Assembly: GCA_965237955.1 (NCBI GenBank)
Contig: OZ250169.1
Location: 2,496,001 to 2,560,000, forward strand
From: Candidatus Marinacidobacterales bacterium
Lineage (GTDB): Bacteria > Acidobacteriota > Vicinamibacteria > Marinacidobacterales > SMYC01
Length of the DNA stretch: 64,000 nucleotides
Direction of reading: 5' to 3'
In this document: positions 63,500 through 64,000 of the stretch, piece after piece
How the letters are laid out: every line of letters begins with the position of its first letter
Numbering within the stretch: the first letter of the stretch is position 1
Made by a program: the position numbers and the translations under genes
The notes under the pieces: model-generated
Seen by the model: only the letters and a program-made list of their open reading frames with translations
Told to the model about the DNA's origin: nothing
The model's database searches: none

Positions 63500-63722
63500 C
63501 TAGTGTCCTGTATCAGTGGTTCGTTGCATAAAGCTCGAGGTCATTTTGTGTGCTGGCGAGGCGTGCCGACGACGTCATATCTGGATATTTCGAGCCGCCT
63601 TCCGCAGCGAGCCTGTCGAGCGGAGGGCTAGGCCGACGGCCGGACTGCAATGATGTAGCAACGACGCCAGCGCGCAAAAGGGGCCGAGATTTATGTGACG
63701 AACTACTGATACAGGGCACTAG
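63500..63722. mobile_element. 223-bp MITE with long terminal inverted repeats
   Basis: 33-bp IR (4 mismatches) CTAGTGTCCTGTATCAGTGGTTCGTTGCATAAA; CTAG at both ends. Confidence 0.8.
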
Positions 63723-64000
63723 AGCTCGACTCGGTTGGCGGGGCCCTCCAGCGCCAGCCAGATATTCTTCATCTGGAGATAGGGCGCTCCCAAAGGCGTC
63801 AGCGTGAAGCCGCGGACGTTGGGCCGGAGCAGGTAACGCAGCCGCCCGTAGTGGATGGGCACGATCGGAGAATCGCGCAGGATGATCTCTTCGATGCGAT
63901 GGTAGAGCTCGTTGCGCTTGCTATAGCTCGTCTCCAACCAAACCTGATCGAGGAGATGGTCTACTTCGCTGTTCGAATAGCCGAACTCGTTGAACGCGCC
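63719..64000 (-). CDS. Peptide/nickel ABC substrate-binding protein (family 5), C-terminal part
   Basis: N.FGYSN.EVD.L..Q...R.ELY..IE..IL.D.P.VPI...NVRGF; runs off the window. Confidence 0.8.
   Translation of the reverse strand, partial: GAFNEFGYSNSEVDHLLDQVWLETSYSKRNELYHRIEEIILRDSPIVPIHYGRLRYLLRPNVRGFTLTPLGAPYLQMKNIWLALEGPANRVEL

Overview
High-GC bacterial chromosomal window. The gene content (dnaX-ybaB-recR-mglBA, hslVU-lipoprotein-transaldolase-acyl-CoA carboxylase-tamB-bamA-surA, and an ECF/zf-HC2-TPR pair) suggests Acidobacteriota, but this is an inference. Core blocks are a fatty-acid/LIV-type ABC operon, tRNA-Ser, SRP RNA, tRNA-Asn, glycosyltransferases, a sigma70 paralogue and a sigma54 two-component system. 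Mobile DNA is abundant and its ends can be read directly: an ISNCY-like IS (8-bp direct repeat), an ISAzo13 (TTA direct repeat, A8 frameshift), a cargo-carrying IS1595 (8-bp direct repeat) and three CTAG-targeting MITEs sitting on stop codons. The most unusual element is a composite of two internally deleted rve-type IS copies that carry a membrane-protein gene and are flanked by an ~88-bp target duplication preserving both neighbouring genes. Many accessory genes are decayed, several by internal deletions that keep only the start and end. No CRISPR array, rRNA or prophage was seen. All protein family calls are from motif recognition, not database searches.
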